Shown here piece by piece: positions 38,130 to 49,419 of a stretch of DNA of 64,000 nt (the stretch's first letter is position 1; each line of letters begins with the position of its first letter). Below the pieces are notes generated by a model that was not told the DNA's origin, did not search any database, and worked only from the letters and a program-made list of their open reading frames with translations. Position numbers and translations under genes: made by a program. Source of the stretch: an uncultured delta proteobacterium (GTDB taxonomy: Bacteria; Desulfobacterota; Desulfuromonadia; Desulfuromonadales; BM103); NCBI GenBank assembly GCA_963715335.1, contig CAVQRZ010000001.1, positions 224,001 through 288,000 on the forward strand, in the 5' to 3' direction.

Positions 38130-39149
38130 TTACTTGAAAGGCGGCGAATACATCAGGCCACCATTGGTCCACAGGCCGTTCAGGCCACGTTCGATACCGA
38201 GGGTTGTCTTTACGCCAACGTTGCGTTCAAACACTTCGCCGTAGTTGCCGACCTGCTTGACGATGTTGTAAGCCCACTTTTCATCGAGACCAAGAGCGGC
38301 GCCGTTGCCTTCAATCACACCGAGGAAGCGCTGAACCGTCGGGTCATTGCTCTTGAGCATTTCATCGACGTTCTGCGAAGTGATGCCAAGTTCTTCTGCG
38401 TTGATCATCGCGAGGACTGCGAAGTCAACGACGTCGCGGAATTGATCGTCACCATGACGCACGGCCGGAGCCAGGGGCTCCTTGGAGATGATTTCCGGTA
38501 GGATTGCATAATCTCCGGGATTCGGCGCAACCGCACGAGTCCCTGCCAGCTGCGAAGCATCCGAGGTCAATACATCGCAACGACCGGCGAAGAAGGTCTT
38601 GGCCAATTCGCTGGTCGACTCAATGACGACCGGCTTCCAGTCCATGCTGTTGCTGCGGAAGTAGTCAGCGGCATTCTGCTCGGTGGTGGTTCCCGGCAGG
38701 ACGCAGACTGTTGCACCACCCAGTTCCTTGGCGCTTTTCACGCCGAGCTTTTTCGGCACCATGAACCCCTGACCGTCATAATAGTTGACCGTGACGAAGT
38801 TCAGGCCGAGTTGCGTTTCGCGACTCAGGGTACGCGTAGCGTTACGTGTCAGCACATCGATCTCACCCGACTGCAGAGCGGTGAAACGCTGCTGGGCGGT
38901 CAAGGGGGTGTACTTGACCTTGCTGGCATCGCCGAAGATTGCTGCGGCCACGGCCTTGGCGGTGTCGACATCCAGCCCTTTCCAGACGCCTTTTTCGTCA
39001 GGCATACCGAAACCGAAGACCCCCCCGTTGACACCGGCCTGGACAAAGCCTTTCTTCTTCACGGCATCAAGGTCCTTACCGGCAAAGGCGAACCCTGCAG
39101 CCAGCAACGAAAGAATCATTACCAATACTGTCAGTCTGCTCACTTTCAT
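38130..39149 (-). CDS. aapJ: General L-amino acid ABC substrate-binding protein
   Basis: Signal peptide, RFTALQSGEID, YYDGQG, ISKEPL, VGNYGE, YSPPF. Confidence 0.92.
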   Translation of the reverse strand: MKVSRLTVLVMILSLLAAGFAFAGKDLDAVKKKGFVQAGVNGGVFGFGMPDEKGVWKGLDVDTAKAVAAAIFGDASKVKYTPLTAQQRFTALQSGEIDVLTRNATRTLSRETQLGLNFVTVNYYDGQGFMVPKKLGVKSAKELGGATVCVLPGTTTEQNAADYFRSNSMDWKPVVIESTSELAKTFFAGRCDVLTSDASQLAGTRAVAPNPGDYAILPEIISKEPLAPAVRHGDDQFRDVVDFAVLAMINAEELGITSQNVDEMLKSNDPTVQRFLGVIEGNGAALGLDEKWAYNIVKQVGNYGEVFERNVGVKTTLGIERGLNGLWTNGGLMYSPPFK

Positions 39150-39501
39150 TTGTCTGTCTCCTCAATTTTGAAGGTTGGAAAACTACATCCAGCAGGATGT
39201 ATGGAAAAGTTATAAGTACAGAGAATTAAATATACTTTGTATTTTGCATCTGTCAATTGTGGGTGGAAAAACAATCAGGACATCAGGCAGATTAAGCGCC
39301 TTCCCACCAAAGACGACAAAAAGGCCTTTGCCTGGATGGAAAGCGGTGCAAGTCAGGAGAAGGATTTGTACCTGCTCAGCATCAGCCTGTTTAAACCTGC
39401 CACGGCAGGCTCCGCCGCATAAAAGTTATCGCACCGGATTGTCTAAACGGGTTAAATCTGCCAGACTGTTACACTCTCCAGACCAGCAAGGACGTCCTGA
39501 C

Positions 39502-40281
39502 ATGTGCCTGATCCTGATCGCCCATCACTTCACCGAGCAGACGCCACTTCTGGTCCTGGCCAATCGCGACGAATACTACGACCGGCCGGCCACGGCAGCT
39601 GCGCCATGGGATGAGTGCCGCGAGCTGATTGCCGGCCGGGACCTGGCCTCCGGCGGCAGCTGGTTCGGCGCCAGGGGGTTGCGCTGGGCAAGCGTTACCA
39701 ACGTTCGGGAGGGCATTGAACACCGCCACAGCCACCGGTCACGTGGCTGGCTGGTGCGTGATTACCTGCTGTCAAACCTTTCCGCTCAGGAATACCTGGC
39801 AAAGATTGCCGATCAAACCGCCGAACATGCCGGGTTTAACCTGTTGCTAGGCCACGACCAAGAGCTCTGGTACTGCTCGAACCGTGGTCCCGTCGCAGAG
39901 CGGCTCAAGCCGGGGATTTACGGTCTGAGCAACCACCTCATCGACACCCCCTGGCCTAAGGTCAAACACGGCAAAGCAGCTTTACACGCGCTGATGAGTT
40001 CTCCACAGATCGATCTCAACCAGGGTTTTGCTATCCTTGCCGACACAACGCTGGCAGACGATGCCAAACTGCCTGATACCGGCATACCTCTTGAGTGGGA
40101 ACGCACACTGTCCGCAACCTTTATCAGTGCCCAAAATTATGGCACGCGCTGCTCGACCCTGCTGATGAGAACAATTGGCGGCAGCCACAGCCTCATCGAA
40201 CGGCGCTTTACCGGTTCTCCCGAGAGCTGGGAAGAGAGCAGCTTTTCCTGGACCGTGCAGGGGAGTTTGCTTGACAGATAA
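39502..40281 (+). CDS. NRDE/TANGO2 family protein
   Basis: MCLI start, ANRDEYY, GRD...GGSW, SRG, LSN, YGTR. Confidence 0.92.
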   Translation: MCLILIAHHFTEQTPLLVLANRDEYYDRPATAAAPWDECRELIAGRDLASGGSWFGARGLRWASVTNVREGIEHRHSHRSRGWLVRDYLLSNLSAQEYLAKIADQTAEHAGFNLLLGHDQELWYCSNRGPVAERLKPGIYGLSNHLIDTPWPKVKHGKAALHALMSSPQIDLNQGFAILADTTLADDAKLPDTGIPLEWERTLSATFISAQNYGTRCSTLLMRTIGGSHSLIERRFTGSPESWEESSFSWTVQGSLLDR

Positions 40282-40340
40282 ATTTTCTTAAAGAAGAATG
40301 GCGCGTTACCATCTCGAGATCAGCAGCGGGAGGAATCCAT

Positions 40341-41354
40341 TTGAAGCTCAAGGACCTGGGCGAATTCCGGTTGATAGAACACATTCGCCAACGGGCGCCC
40401 GTTGGCGGCGATGTCCACCGCGGCATCGGTGATGATGCCGCCGTAGTCACCGTGCCCGAAGGCCATCACCTGCTGACCTCGATGGACATGTTGATCGAGA
40501 GTGTTCATTTTCGCCGGGACTGGACCACCCCCGAAGATCTTGGTCACAAGGCCGTGGCCGTCAACCTCAGTGACCTTGCCGCCATGGGCGGGACTCCCCG
40601 CTACCTCTATTTGGGACTTGCCTGCCCAGGGGAAACCTGCCTGGAAGACATTAAGGCTTTTCTCAACGGCGCCCTGGCAGAAGCGGAGCGCTACAACGTC
40701 GCACTGGTCGGTGGTGATACCTGCCGCAGCCCCGGGCCATGGATCATTTCAGTAACGGTTGAAGGCAGTACAGAGGCCGGTCGTGCGGTCGGCCGCGACG
40801 GCGCTCGACCCGGCGATATCATCATGGTTTCCGGGACCCTTGGCGACAGCGCCATGGCCTTGCATCTGCTGCAAAATAACCGGGTCCCCGGCGAGGCGTT
40901 GTCGGCCAGACACCACCGGCCGACGCCCCGGGTGGAACTCGGCCGCCGGCTTGGCAAAGAACGCATCGCCACGGCCATGATCGATATTTCCGACGGCCTG
41001 ACAGGAGACTTGGAGCACATCCTGCAAGCATCTCAGCTAGATGGCTTGATCGAAGAGCAAAAACTGCCCTTGTCAGACGCATTTATACATCTTGCCGAGA
41101 ATGAGCCGGCGCTGCGGGATCTGGCGCTCTTTGGCGGCGAAGATTACGAGCTCCTCTTTACCGCAGGCCCGGAACACGAGGCCGCAGCCCTGGCACTGGG
41201 GGCTGAACTGGATCTTCCGGTTACCCGCATCGGAGTCGTCCAGAGCGGTTCCGGAGGCCTTTTACTCCTGGACGGAAAGGACGGGCTACGGCCCATCCTT
41301 GTCAGGAGTTATGACCATTTTTGTCGCACCTGCAGCGAAGTCGAGACGACATGA
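40341..41354 (+). CDS. thiL: Thiamine-monophosphate kinase
   Basis: GEF, GIGDDAA, NLSDLAAMG, VGGDT, IDISDGL, GGEDYELLF. Confidence 0.95.
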   Translation: MKLKDLGEFRLIEHIRQRAPVGGDVHRGIGDDAAVVTVPEGHHLLTSMDMLIESVHFRRDWTTPEDLGHKAVAVNLSDLAAMGGTPRYLYLGLACPGETCLEDIKAFLNGALAEAERYNVALVGGDTCRSPGPWIISVTVEGSTEAGRAVGRDGARPGDIIMVSGTLGDSAMALHLLQNNRVPGEALSARHHRPTPRVELGRRLGKERIATAMIDISDGLTGDLEHILQASQLDGLIEEQKLPLSDAFIHLAENEPALRDLALFGGEDYELLFTAGPEHEAAALALGAELDLPVTRIGVVQSGSGGLLLLDGKDGLRPILVRSYDHFCRTCSEVETT

Positions 41355-42262
41355 CTGAATCATCCAGGCAAATATGGACAGGAGACAGTCTCACCGATGC
41401 CGAATTTTCGGCCATCATTGAGAGGTTGCGCAAGCTGCGCCAGTTCGATCTTGGCCAGTACAAAGACCGCTGCGTCAGGCGCCGCATCGCCAAGCGATTG
41501 CGGGCCTGCAAAGTAGATGAATTTGCCACCTACCTTAATCTTCTGGATGTCGACCCGAACGAACTCGACACCCTCCTGGCAACCATATCGATTCATGTGT
41601 CCCAGTTTTTCCGCAACCCCGACACCTTCCGGATCATCGAGCAGAAAATCCTGCCGAGCCTTTGCCGCCAGGCCCGGGCAACCGGCCAGAGCAAACTGAC
41701 CCTGTGGAGCGCCGGCTGTGCCGCGGGCGAGGAGCCTTACTCCCTCGCCCTTCTGATTGACGATCTGTCGGTGGACGATCTTGAAATCCGGGTGCTGGCG
41801 ACCGACATCAGTGAACCGGTCCTGGCAACGGCCCGAGTCGGTTGTTTTGACATCTCCCGCATCAAAGAAATCCCGCCGCCGGTAATGAACAAATATTTTC
41901 GTGCGGAGGGAAACCGCTACCGACTGATTGAATCAGTACGGAGCCGGGTGGAATTTCAAAACCACAACATCATGACTGACAGCGAATATCCCGCAGCGGA
42001 CCTGATCCTCTGTCGCAATGTCCTGATCTATTTCAGCCGCCCCGAACAGGAGAAGATCCTCCTGCGCTTTGCCGCGGCCCTGCCACCGCAAGGCATCCTG
42101 ATTCTGGGCCGATCGGAGACAATAACCGGCGAAATTCGCCATTACTTCAAATCGGAATTCCCGGTGGAGCGGGTCTATCGCCGCACCGCAGAGCCCATCA
42201 ATCTGCCTGGGTTTGAAGCTTTGGCAACTGAACAAGACTCTCGATTGATGACTACCCGGTAA
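41351..42262 (+). CDS. cheR: Chemotaxis methyltransferase
   Basis: [30 protein letters not shown]. Confidence 0.94.
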   Translation: MTESSRQIWTGDSLTDAEFSAIIERLRKLRQFDLGQYKDRCVRRRIAKRLRACKVDEFATYLNLLDVDPNELDTLLATISIHVSQFFRNPDTFRIIEQKILPSLCRQARATGQSKLTLWSAGCAAGEEPYSLALLIDDLSVDDLEIRVLATDISEPVLATARVGCFDISRIKEIPPPVMNKYFRAEGNRYRLIESVRSRVEFQNHNIMTDSEYPAADLILCRNVLIYFSRPEQEKILLRFAAALPPQGILILGRSETITGEIRHYFKSEFPVERVYRRTAEPINLPGFEALATEQDSRLMTTR

Positions 42263-42273
42263 GGAGCAGAATC

Positions 42274-43554
42274 ATGCGCATTGAAATCAGTTACAAATTT
42301 ATTATCGGCTTTATTGTCGTGGTCGTATCAGGGATCCTCGTCAATCTCGCGGTTCCCTATATCGAGGGGATAGAACCTGAATTCCGGCAGGTCTTTTCGA
42401 TTTTCTGTTCATTGGTGGTCGGCCTGATCATCGGCTCGGTATTCTCCCGCGTATTCTCCAACAACATCCGCGGCTTGACTGCGGCCGGAGACCGGATCAG
42501 CCAGGGAGACCTGTCCGAGGATGTCGAACTCAAAGGCAGGAGATTCCCGGACGAGACCAGTGACCTGGCCGAGGCCATGAACCAGTTCCAGGGAAGCTTG
42601 CGCAACCTGGTCGGGGACATCCGCAACATTGCTTTCCGCGTTGCCAGTTCGGCGCAGAATCTTTCCGGGACATCCCTGGAAATGTCGGCCTCCGCCCAGG
42701 AAGTCGCCAGGGCCACCGACCAGATCAGCAAAGGCGCCGAGACCCAGGCCGAGATGGTCGAAGAGTCAACCCGCCTGTTCAAGGAAGTAGCGGTCTCGAT
42801 TAAACTGGTGGCCAGTTCGGCCAAGATGGTGGCCAACTCGGCCGACCAGACTCTGGAAACCGCACGCAGCGGCAACGACATGGCCGGTTCCAGCCTCGAT
42901 AGTATCCGCCAGGTCCTGACCGAGGCAGAGAGCAGCGGCAAGCAGATGGTCAACTTCGTCGCCCAGCTGCAGAAAGTCAGCAAGTTCGTTGAGGTCATCA
43001 ACGGCATTGCCCAGAAAACCAACCTGCTCGCCTTGAATGCAACCATCGAGGCCGCCCGGGCCGGTGAATACGGGCACGGCTTCGCCGTAGTTGCCGAAGA
43101 GATCCGCAAGCTCGCTGACTCAACAACGACCTCGGCCGGCGAAATCACCAGCCTGGTGGAATCGATCCGCGAGGAAGGACAACAGGTCCAGTCTTCGATG
43201 GCACAAGTGATCGAAGAGATGGAGAGCGGCCGCGAAGCGGCCGATCGCACCAACCAGGCCTTTTCGGAAATTACCCGGAACGCCGAGGGAACCCGCGCCA
43301 AGGCCAGCAGTATCGCCGAACTGGCGGAGCAGCAGATCAGTAGCGCCGAACGAATTACCCGGGCAATCGATGAAATCGACAAGGTCGTATCCGACAACGC
43401 CGCCGCTACCGAGCAGGTTTCCGCGGCGACTCAGGAGCAGTCTGCCGCCATGGAGGAGATGGCTCATTCCGCCCAAGAGCTTTCCAACATGTCCGAATCA
43501 ATGCTCAAGATCGTCAAGCAATTCAAACTGGTCAAAGCAGAAGAGCAAGATTGA
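42274..43554 (+). CDS. Methyl-accepting chemotaxis protein without periplasmic sensor (DifA-like)
   Basis: Two TM helices with a short loop, [21 protein letters not shown]. Confidence 0.93.
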   Translation: MRIEISYKFIIGFIVVVVSGILVNLAVPYIEGIEPEFRQVFSIFCSLVVGLIIGSVFSRVFSNNIRGLTAAGDRISQGDLSEDVELKGRRFPDETSDLAEAMNQFQGSLRNLVGDIRNIAFRVASSAQNLSGTSLEMSASAQEVARATDQISKGAETQAEMVEESTRLFKEVAVSIKLVASSAKMVANSADQTLETARSGNDMAGSSLDSIRQVLTEAESSGKQMVNFVAQLQKVSKFVEVINGIAQKTNLLALNATIEAARAGEYGHGFAVVAEEIRKLADSTTTSAGEITSLVESIREEGQQVQSSMAQVIEEMESGREAADRTNQAFSEITRNAEGTRAKASSIAELAEQQISSAERITRAIDEIDKVVSDNAAATEQVSAATQEQSAAMEEMAHSAQELSNMSESMLKIVKQFKLVKAEEQD

Positions 43555-43558
43555 CCCC

Positions 43559-43981
43559 ATGGCCCTGGTCCTGATTTACAAACTTGGCGACAACCGCTAC
43601 GGCCTTGAGATTGATGCCATCCAGGAGATCGTCGAGGAGCCGGTTTTGCACTACGTCCCGCGCGCCAAGGGGGTCCTTACCGGAGCCATTAATTTCCACG
43701 GCCAGATCCTCGCGGTTATCGATCTGCCGGCACTGTTGGGGTTTGCCGGGGGCCGGCACGACTATCGCCACCTGGTCCTGACCCCCGAGCACAAAGCTCT
43801 GGTGCTCACAATCAGTGGCGTTGAACGGATTGTCAACCTTGAGATGGAACTTCTTCAGCCACCTCCGGAAGATGATGCTTGCCCCGCCGTGCGAGGGGTA
43901 ATTGATCTCGACGAGACGACAATCAACCTGCTTGACACCGATCAAGTAATCAAACAACTTGAAGAGATTCTTTCTGAATAG
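43559..43981 (+). CDS. cheW: CheW adaptor
   Basis: IQEIV, VPRA...GAINFHG...VIDL. Confidence 0.88.
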   Translation: MALVLIYKLGDNRYGLEIDAIQEIVEEPVLHYVPRAKGVLTGAINFHGQILAVIDLPALLGFAGGRHDYRHLVLTPEHKALVLTISGVERIVNLEMELLQPPPEDDACPAVRGVIDLDETTINLLDTDQVIKQLEEILSE

Positions 43982-43990
43982 GAGGCAAAC

Positions 43991-44359
43991 ATGGCTTTAC
44001 GGGTGATGGTTGTCGATGACGCCATTTTCATGCGCAACATGCTCAAGGACATTTTCGTCCGTAACGGCTACGAGGTCGTCGCCGAAGCGGACAACGGTGA
44101 AACCGCCCCGCAGCTTTACCAGGACACCAAGCCAGACCTGGTAACCATGGACATCGTCATGCCGAAGAAGAGCGGTATTGAGGCGTTGCAGGAAATTATG
44201 GAAGACGACCCGCAAGCCCGTGTCGTCATGGTCAGCGCGCTCGGGCAGGATTCACTGGTGCTCGAGGCCGTCGAGGCCGGCGCCAGAGATTTTATCGTCA
44301 AGCCTTTCAAGGAAGAGAAGGTTCTCGAAACCGTCAGGCGGGTTACCGGACAGGATTGA
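43991..44359 (+). CDS. cheY: CheY-like single-domain response regulator
   Basis: VVDDA, TMDIVMP, SA, FIVKPF. Confidence 0.92.
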   Translation: MALRVMVVDDAIFMRNMLKDIFVRNGYEVVAEADNGETAPQLYQDTKPDLVTMDIVMPKKSGIEALQEIMEDDPQARVVMVSALGQDSLVLEAVEAGARDFIVKPFKEEKVLETVRRVTGQD

Positions 44360-44377
44360 CAGGAACCGGGACTGACT

Positions 44378-46243
44378 ATGGACATGTCCAAATACCGGGA
44401 GCTTTTCCTTAGCGAAACCCGGGAACATATCAACAACCTGAATCAGCTGGTCGTCACCCTTGAACAGGAGCCAGGCAACCGGCAGACGATTGATGCCCTG
44501 TTTCGCGAAGCACATTCGATCAAGGGAATGGCTGCAACCATGGGTTTCGATTGCACCGCCCGGCTGTCGCACCGCCTTGAGGATCTGCTCGACGGATTCC
44601 GTGCTTCCGGCGACGTTCCTTCGGCGATAGTCGATTACCTGCTCGAAGGCATTGACCTCCTCGATGGGCTGCTGGACGACCTGCAGGCAGGTCGATCAGA
44701 GCGCAGCACCGAAGAGTTTTTGGCCAAACAGCCGATTGCTGCCGCAGACCGGAGCGAAGAAGGGGCGGGGCGGGCTGTGGTCGGGGCCGCCAGCGAGCGG
44801 GTGGAAGAACCCGAGACATTCCAGGTCCTGGTCGAACTGGAAAAAGATACTCCGGCCGCGGCCGCTCGCGGCATACTGATCCTGCGAGAGTTGGAGAAGA
44901 CCGGCAAGCTGAAAACCAGTAAGCCGGACATGGGCGAATTACGCAAGGGGGCCCCTTGCGAGCAGATCCAGGCCTGGTTGAGCTCCATTCTGGACAAAGA
45001 ACAGATTAAGGCCAATTTGCTTAAAATCAGCGGAGTGGCCAAAGTCCAGTTTGTTGAGGATCGGCGCAATGACGAGCGACGGCATCGCAACGCAGGGGAC
45101 CGTACGATTCGGGTGCGCACTGACCTGCTTGATCAGTTTGTCAACCTGACCGGTGAATTGATCACTCACCGCAACATGCTGAAAATGGCGAGCGACAGAC
45201 GTGACTGGGATAAGCTGAACACGGCACTCGACCGGGCCGGAAGACTGATCAGCGACCTGCACCACAACGTTCTCCAGGTCCGCCTGATGCCATTGCAAAG
45301 TATCACCGGACGCCTGCCGCGCATCGTTCGCGACCTGAGCCGGAAATCCGGCAAACAGGTCACCCTGCTGCTCAGCGGCACCGATGTCGGAATCGACCGC
45401 GTCATTCTTGAAGAAATCACCGATCCTCTGATCCACCTGGTACGCAACGCGGTGGACCACGGCATCGAAGAAACTGGAATCGTCACCGTCTCCGCCCGCC
45501 GTGAAAAAGGGTTGATCCTGGTCGAAGTTGCAGACGACGGCAAGGGAATGGACCCGCAAACCTTGCGTCGGAAAGCTGTTGATCGCGGCGTGATCAGCCA
45601 GGCCCAGGCTGACAGCATGAGTGACCGAGATGCCCTGATGTTGGTCTGCAAGCCAGGGTTCTCAACCGCTGAAGAAGTAACCGAAACCTCCGGTCGCGGC
45701 GTGGGCATGGATGTGGTCAAGGCGGCTGTTCGCAATCTTGGCGGCACTTTGGATATCGTTTCCGAAACCGGTGCGGGCACCCGATTCCAGCTGCGCCTGC
45801 CACTATCGATTGCGATCATCAAGATCCTGCTGGTCAGTTGCGCAGGCCGCACCCTGGCCATTCCGATCACCCGTGTCCAGAGAACCCTCGATCTGCCAAC
45901 CTCAGAGATAGAAACCTCAGGACAACACCGCGTGTTTCATCTCGATGATGAAGAGCTTTACCTCTATTCCCTGGCAGAGATGCTCGACCTGCCGCAGGCC
46001 GCAGCCGGCGAAACCACCTGGACGATCCTCACTGAAGTTCGCGGCAGGCGAATCGGATTGCAGGTGGATGCCTTCCTCGGCCAGCGGGACGCCTTTATCA
46101 AACCGACCGGGTTCCCCCTCAACTTTTTAACCGGGCTGAGCGGTGCAACCGTGGAGGGCGACGGCCGCGTCACTTTTGTGGTCGACACCCAGTCCTTGCT
46201 GGAAAAGCAGCAAATGCCGACCAATCCAGACCGGAGGAATTGA
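44378..46243 (+). CDS. cheA: Chemotaxis histidine kinase
   Basis: FREAHSIKG, HLVRNAVDHG, DDGKG, SGRGVGMDVV, C-terminal CheW domain. Confidence 0.95.
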   Translation: MDMSKYRELFLSETREHINNLNQLVVTLEQEPGNRQTIDALFREAHSIKGMAATMGFDCTARLSHRLEDLLDGFRASGDVPSAIVDYLLEGIDLLDGLLDDLQAGRSERSTEEFLAKQPIAAADRSEEGAGRAVVGAASERVEEPETFQVLVELEKDTPAAAARGILILRELEKTGKLKTSKPDMGELRKGAPCEQIQAWLSSILDKEQIKANLLKISGVAKVQFVEDRRNDERRHRNAGDRTIRVRTDLLDQFVNLTGELITHRNMLKMASDRRDWDKLNTALDRAGRLISDLHHNVLQVRLMPLQSITGRLPRIVRDLSRKSGKQVTLLLSGTDVGIDRVILEEITDPLIHLVRNAVDHGIEETGIVTVSARREKGLILVEVADDGKGMDPQTLRRKAVDRGVISQAQADSMSDRDALMLVCKPGFSTAEEVTETSGRGVGMDVVKAAVRNLGGTLDIVSETGAGTRFQLRLPLSIAIIKILLVSCAGRTLAIPITRVQRTLDLPTSEIETSGQHRVFHLDDEELYLYSLAEMLDLPQAAAGETTWTILTEVRGRRIGLQVDAFLGQRDAFIKPTGFPLNFLTGLSGATVEGDGRVTFVVDTQSLLEKQQMPTNPDRRN

Positions 46244-46863
46244 TGCCCTTTCGTACACTGAACAACGTCCAGATGGATGTCTTGAAGGAACTCAGCAACA
46301 TCGGCATGGGGCATGCCGCGACGGCTTTGTCGCAGATGATCGGCCAGCCCGTACAGCTACGGGTTCCGCACGTTACGATTACCGAAATCAGCCAGGTTCC
46401 TGACTACCTCGGCGGAGCCGAGAAGATGATGGTCGGCATCACCTTGCAGATCCTCGGTGATGCTCGAGGCAGCATCATGCTGCTCTTTCCCCAGGAAAGC
46501 GCCCATCGGCTCCTCTGTAAACTGCTCGGGGACCAGGGCAAGATTCTGATCATGAACGAACTGACGATTTCCACCCTGAAAGAGGTCGGCAACATCCTCG
46601 CGTCTGCCTACCTCAGCGCACTCGGCAACCTGCTGCACAAAACGCTGATACCCTCGGTCCCCCTGCTTGCATATGATATGGCAGGCGCGGTCGTAGACTA
46701 TATCTTGATCGATCTGAGTAAATCCAGTGACCTGGCTATGCTCGTGGAAACCGATTTTACCGGTAAGTCGCCCCAAGACCTGGCCATCAAGGGGCACTTT
46801 TTCTTGATTCCTGATCCGTCGACGCTTGATTTATTCCTCGATGCGGCCGGAGAATATAAATGA
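46240..46863 (+). CDS. cheC: CheC phosphatase
   Basis: DVLKELSNIG and STLKEVGNI motifs. Confidence 0.92.
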   Translation: MMPFRTLNNVQMDVLKELSNIGMGHAATALSQMIGQPVQLRVPHVTITEISQVPDYLGGAEKMMVGITLQILGDARGSIMLLFPQESAHRLLCKLLGDQGKILIMNELTISTLKEVGNILASAYLSALGNLLHKTLIPSVPLLAYDMAGAVVDYILIDLSKSSDLAMLVETDFTGKSPQDLAIKGHFFLIPDPSTLDLFLDAAGEYK

Positions 46864-47342
46864 GTGAGCACGTCAGCATCGCCCAGGCCAGAATCGACCG
46901 GGCGCCGATGGTACTAAAGGCTTACGGGCTCGGTTCCTGTGTCGCCGTTGGTCTGTATGACCCGAAAACCAGACTCGGTGGTATGGGCCACATGCTCCTG
47001 CCCGACCGGCCGACCAGTGGATCTCTCGGCTCAGAGAACAAGTATGTCGACGCCGGGATTTACCATATCGTTGACGAGCTGGTACGGGCCGGCGCGAACC
47101 GGGACACGCTGGTCGCAAAAATCGCCGGCGGGGCCAACATGTTTGAGACTTCCTACCAGACGTTGATCAACAGCGTCGGCGCACGCAACGCCAAAAGCGC
47201 CCGCCGGACACTCAACCTCCTGGGCATCCCGATACTGGGCGAAGAAGTCGGCGGCAACCGCGGACGCACCGTTGAGTTTGACCTTGCCACTGGTAAAATG
47301 TTGGTTTACTCTGCCCATACTGAAGAACCTTTATCCCTGTAG
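46860..47342 (+). CDS. cheD: Chemoreceptor glutamine deamidase
   Basis: LGSCV, HMLLP, AGGANMF, GARN, VGGNRGR. Confidence 0.93.
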   Translation: MSEHVSIAQARIDRAPMVLKAYGLGSCVAVGLYDPKTRLGGMGHMLLPDRPTSGSLGSENKYVDAGIYHIVDELVRAGANRDTLVAKIAGGANMFETSYQTLINSVGARNAKSARRTLNLLGIPILGEEVGGNRGRTVEFDLATGKMLVYSAHTEEPLSL

Positions 47343-47367
47343 ATGCTTAATTCCAAAGGAATCCCGC

Positions 47368-48159
47368 ATGATAAAAAAGGGCCTTATAACCGTTCTCTGC
47401 CTCGGTATCGGCTTGGCGGTCACGGTGCCTTCTGCCTGGGCAATCGCCCTCAGCGACGTCATCAACACCCTGGAGACCCCCTTCCAGTCCGGAACCGCTG
47501 CCGAGTACCGGATTTTTGATTATTCGGCCAACTTTTTCCAGGAATCGAAAATCGCTTCACTGGATCGACGGCAGCGGGCCAATGGCCGCTTAGAGGTCGC
47601 CTTCGACTACCAGGCCGCGCAGAAGGGGCGAACCGTCCCGACTGTCAAGTTCCACTGGCAATATGACTCCCCCACCACTCAGAGAATCGTCTCTGACGGT
47701 GTAACCATGTGGGTTTACCTGCCGGAGAACAGCCAGGTCATCCAGTCGGATATCGAGCAGATCAATCAGGCCGACCAGAACGACCCGATGGCTTTTCTCA
47801 CCGGTCTCGGCAACCTGTCCCGCGACTTTACGATCGCCTGGGCTACGCCGGACCAGGATGACGATGGCAATTACGTGCTGGTAATGACCCCGCGCCGCGC
47901 CTCCCCGCTGATCAACAAACTGGTTATCGTCGTCGACCATTACGCTGTGGAAAGATACCTGAACCGCAGGGCGGAGAGACCAGGAGACCTTTGGTTCCCG
48001 ATCCGGTCAACCACGGTCTACGATCCGAGCGGCAACAGCACCATCATTGAATTCAGCAACCTGCACGTCAATCAGGGCATTCCCGATGCGACCTTTGTTT
48101 TTATCATGCCGGCAGGCGTCCAGGTGGTTCGACCGACCGGCAAGGAGACGGGTTACTGA
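47368..48159 (+). CDS. lolA: LolA-family lipoprotein carrier
   Basis: Signal peptide, ANFFQ, FHWQYDSP...IVSDGVTMWVY, FVFIMPAGVQV. Confidence 0.82.
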   Translation: MIKKGLITVLCLGIGLAVTVPSAWAIALSDVINTLETPFQSGTAAEYRIFDYSANFFQESKIASLDRRQRANGRLEVAFDYQAAQKGRTVPTVKFHWQYDSPTTQRIVSDGVTMWVYLPENSQVIQSDIEQINQADQNDPMAFLTGLGNLSRDFTIAWATPDQDDDGNYVLVMTPRRASPLINKLVIVVDHYAVERYLNRRAERPGDLWFPIRSTTVYDPSGNSTIIEFSNLHVNQGIPDATFVFIMPAGVQVVRPTGKETGY

Positions 48160-48320
48160 CCGGTACCCCTTGCCGATCGACTGCTATCTCTTGACCTGTT
48201 TCCAGAGGAGGAGACAAGTGAACCCAGAACAAGCCATCCAGTCGAACAACGGATGGCTTGTTCCGTTGTTGCCCTCTGGCACGAAGAATCCCGGATATCA
48301 AGAATCATGAAAAGTGAGCC

Positions 48321-49319
48321 ATGAATCTGCAACCGTTCCCGAAGGCCCCGCTCGGGTTTTTCCCGACGCCAATTGTTGAACTCCCGAGGCTGAGTCGGAT
48401 TATCGGCGGTCCGGCCATCTCTATGAAGAGAGATGACCAGGCCGGCCTGGCTTTCGGTGGCAACAAAACCAGGAAGCTCGAGTATCTGCTGGGTGACGCG
48501 ATCGCCAGCGGTTGCGATACGATTATTACGGCCGGGGCGGCACAATCGAACCACTGCCGGCAGACGGCTGCGGCCGCGGCGCAGCTGGGCATGGAGTGCC
48601 ACCTGCTCCTGGGTGGAGAAGAGCCGGGCAAACCGAGCGGCAACTTGCTGCTGGACCGGATACTCGGCTGCCAGATCCACTGGACGGGAGAAAATCGCAA
48701 GGGCGAAGATATCCCGGAGATCTTCGCGCAACTGAAAGCGGCACGCAAGCACCCGTACATTGTCCCCTATGGCGGCTCGAACGAGCTCGGAGCTCTCGCC
48801 TTCGCGGCCGCAGCTAAGGAACTGCACGAACAGCACAAAGGGCTGTCGTTTACGCACATCGTCTTTGCCTCAAGCTCCGGCGGCACCCAGGCGGGTCTGA
48901 TGCTCGGCAAGAGAATACTTGGGAAGAGCTATGACATAGTGGGCATTAGAATCGATAAAGAGGACGTCTGCCAGGGGCCTTTTGACCGACACGTATTGTC
49001 CCTTGCCAACCGCACAGCCGACCTGATTGGCTTCAGTCATGAGTTCGCAGAACGGGAACTCATCCTGAATTCCAACTACCTGGGTGAAGGCTATGGTGTA
49101 ATCGGCGCGCCGGAAAAGGAAGCCATCATGCTTACCGCCCGCAGCGAAGGGATATTGCTCGATCCCGTGTACACCGGACGGGCCATGGCAGGGATGATCG
49201 ACATGATCCGCACCGGAGAAATCGGCAGACAGGATAAGGTCCTGTTCTGGCACACCGGTGGAACTCCGGCGTTATTTGCTTATTCAGAGGAACTCGGTCA
49301 CTCGCAAAAGACCGGTTAG
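48321..49319 (+). CDS. D-cysteine desulfhydrase family PLP enzyme
   Basis: KRDD...GGNKTRKLEY, QSNH, SGGT, LDPVYTG, WHTGG. Confidence 0.88.
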   Translation: MNLQPFPKAPLGFFPTPIVELPRLSRIIGGPAISMKRDDQAGLAFGGNKTRKLEYLLGDAIASGCDTIITAGAAQSNHCRQTAAAAAQLGMECHLLLGGEEPGKPSGNLLLDRILGCQIHWTGENRKGEDIPEIFAQLKAARKHPYIVPYGGSNELGALAFAAAAKELHEQHKGLSFTHIVFASSSGGTQAGLMLGKRILGKSYDIVGIRIDKEDVCQGPFDRHVLSLANRTADLIGFSHEFAERELILNSNYLGEGYGVIGAPEKEAIMLTARSEGILLDPVYTGRAMAGMIDMIRTGEIGRQDKVLFWHTGGTPALFAYSEELGHSQKTG

Positions 49320-49387
49320 AACCCGTCGCCGGCCAGGGGTCGACCCGACCCTCGAGCCTCTCCTTAGCGCAAGGGATTGCATTTCAC

Positions 49388-49419
49388 CGCTCCGGGAGGA
49401 AAGCTTTCCTCCCGGAGCG
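49388..49419. repeat. Perfect 32-bp palindrome with no spacer
   Basis: cgctccgggaggaaag|ctttcctcccggagcg. Confidence 0.9.

Noticed and set aside
39175..39501. 109-aa N-terminal extension of the NRDE protein
   Set aside because: The family begins at Met-Cys (39502); the extension covers the divergent promoter region
48321..49319. ACC deaminase
   Set aside because: Has PVYTG and HTGG rather than the PVYEG and HLGG residues diagnostic of true ACC deaminases
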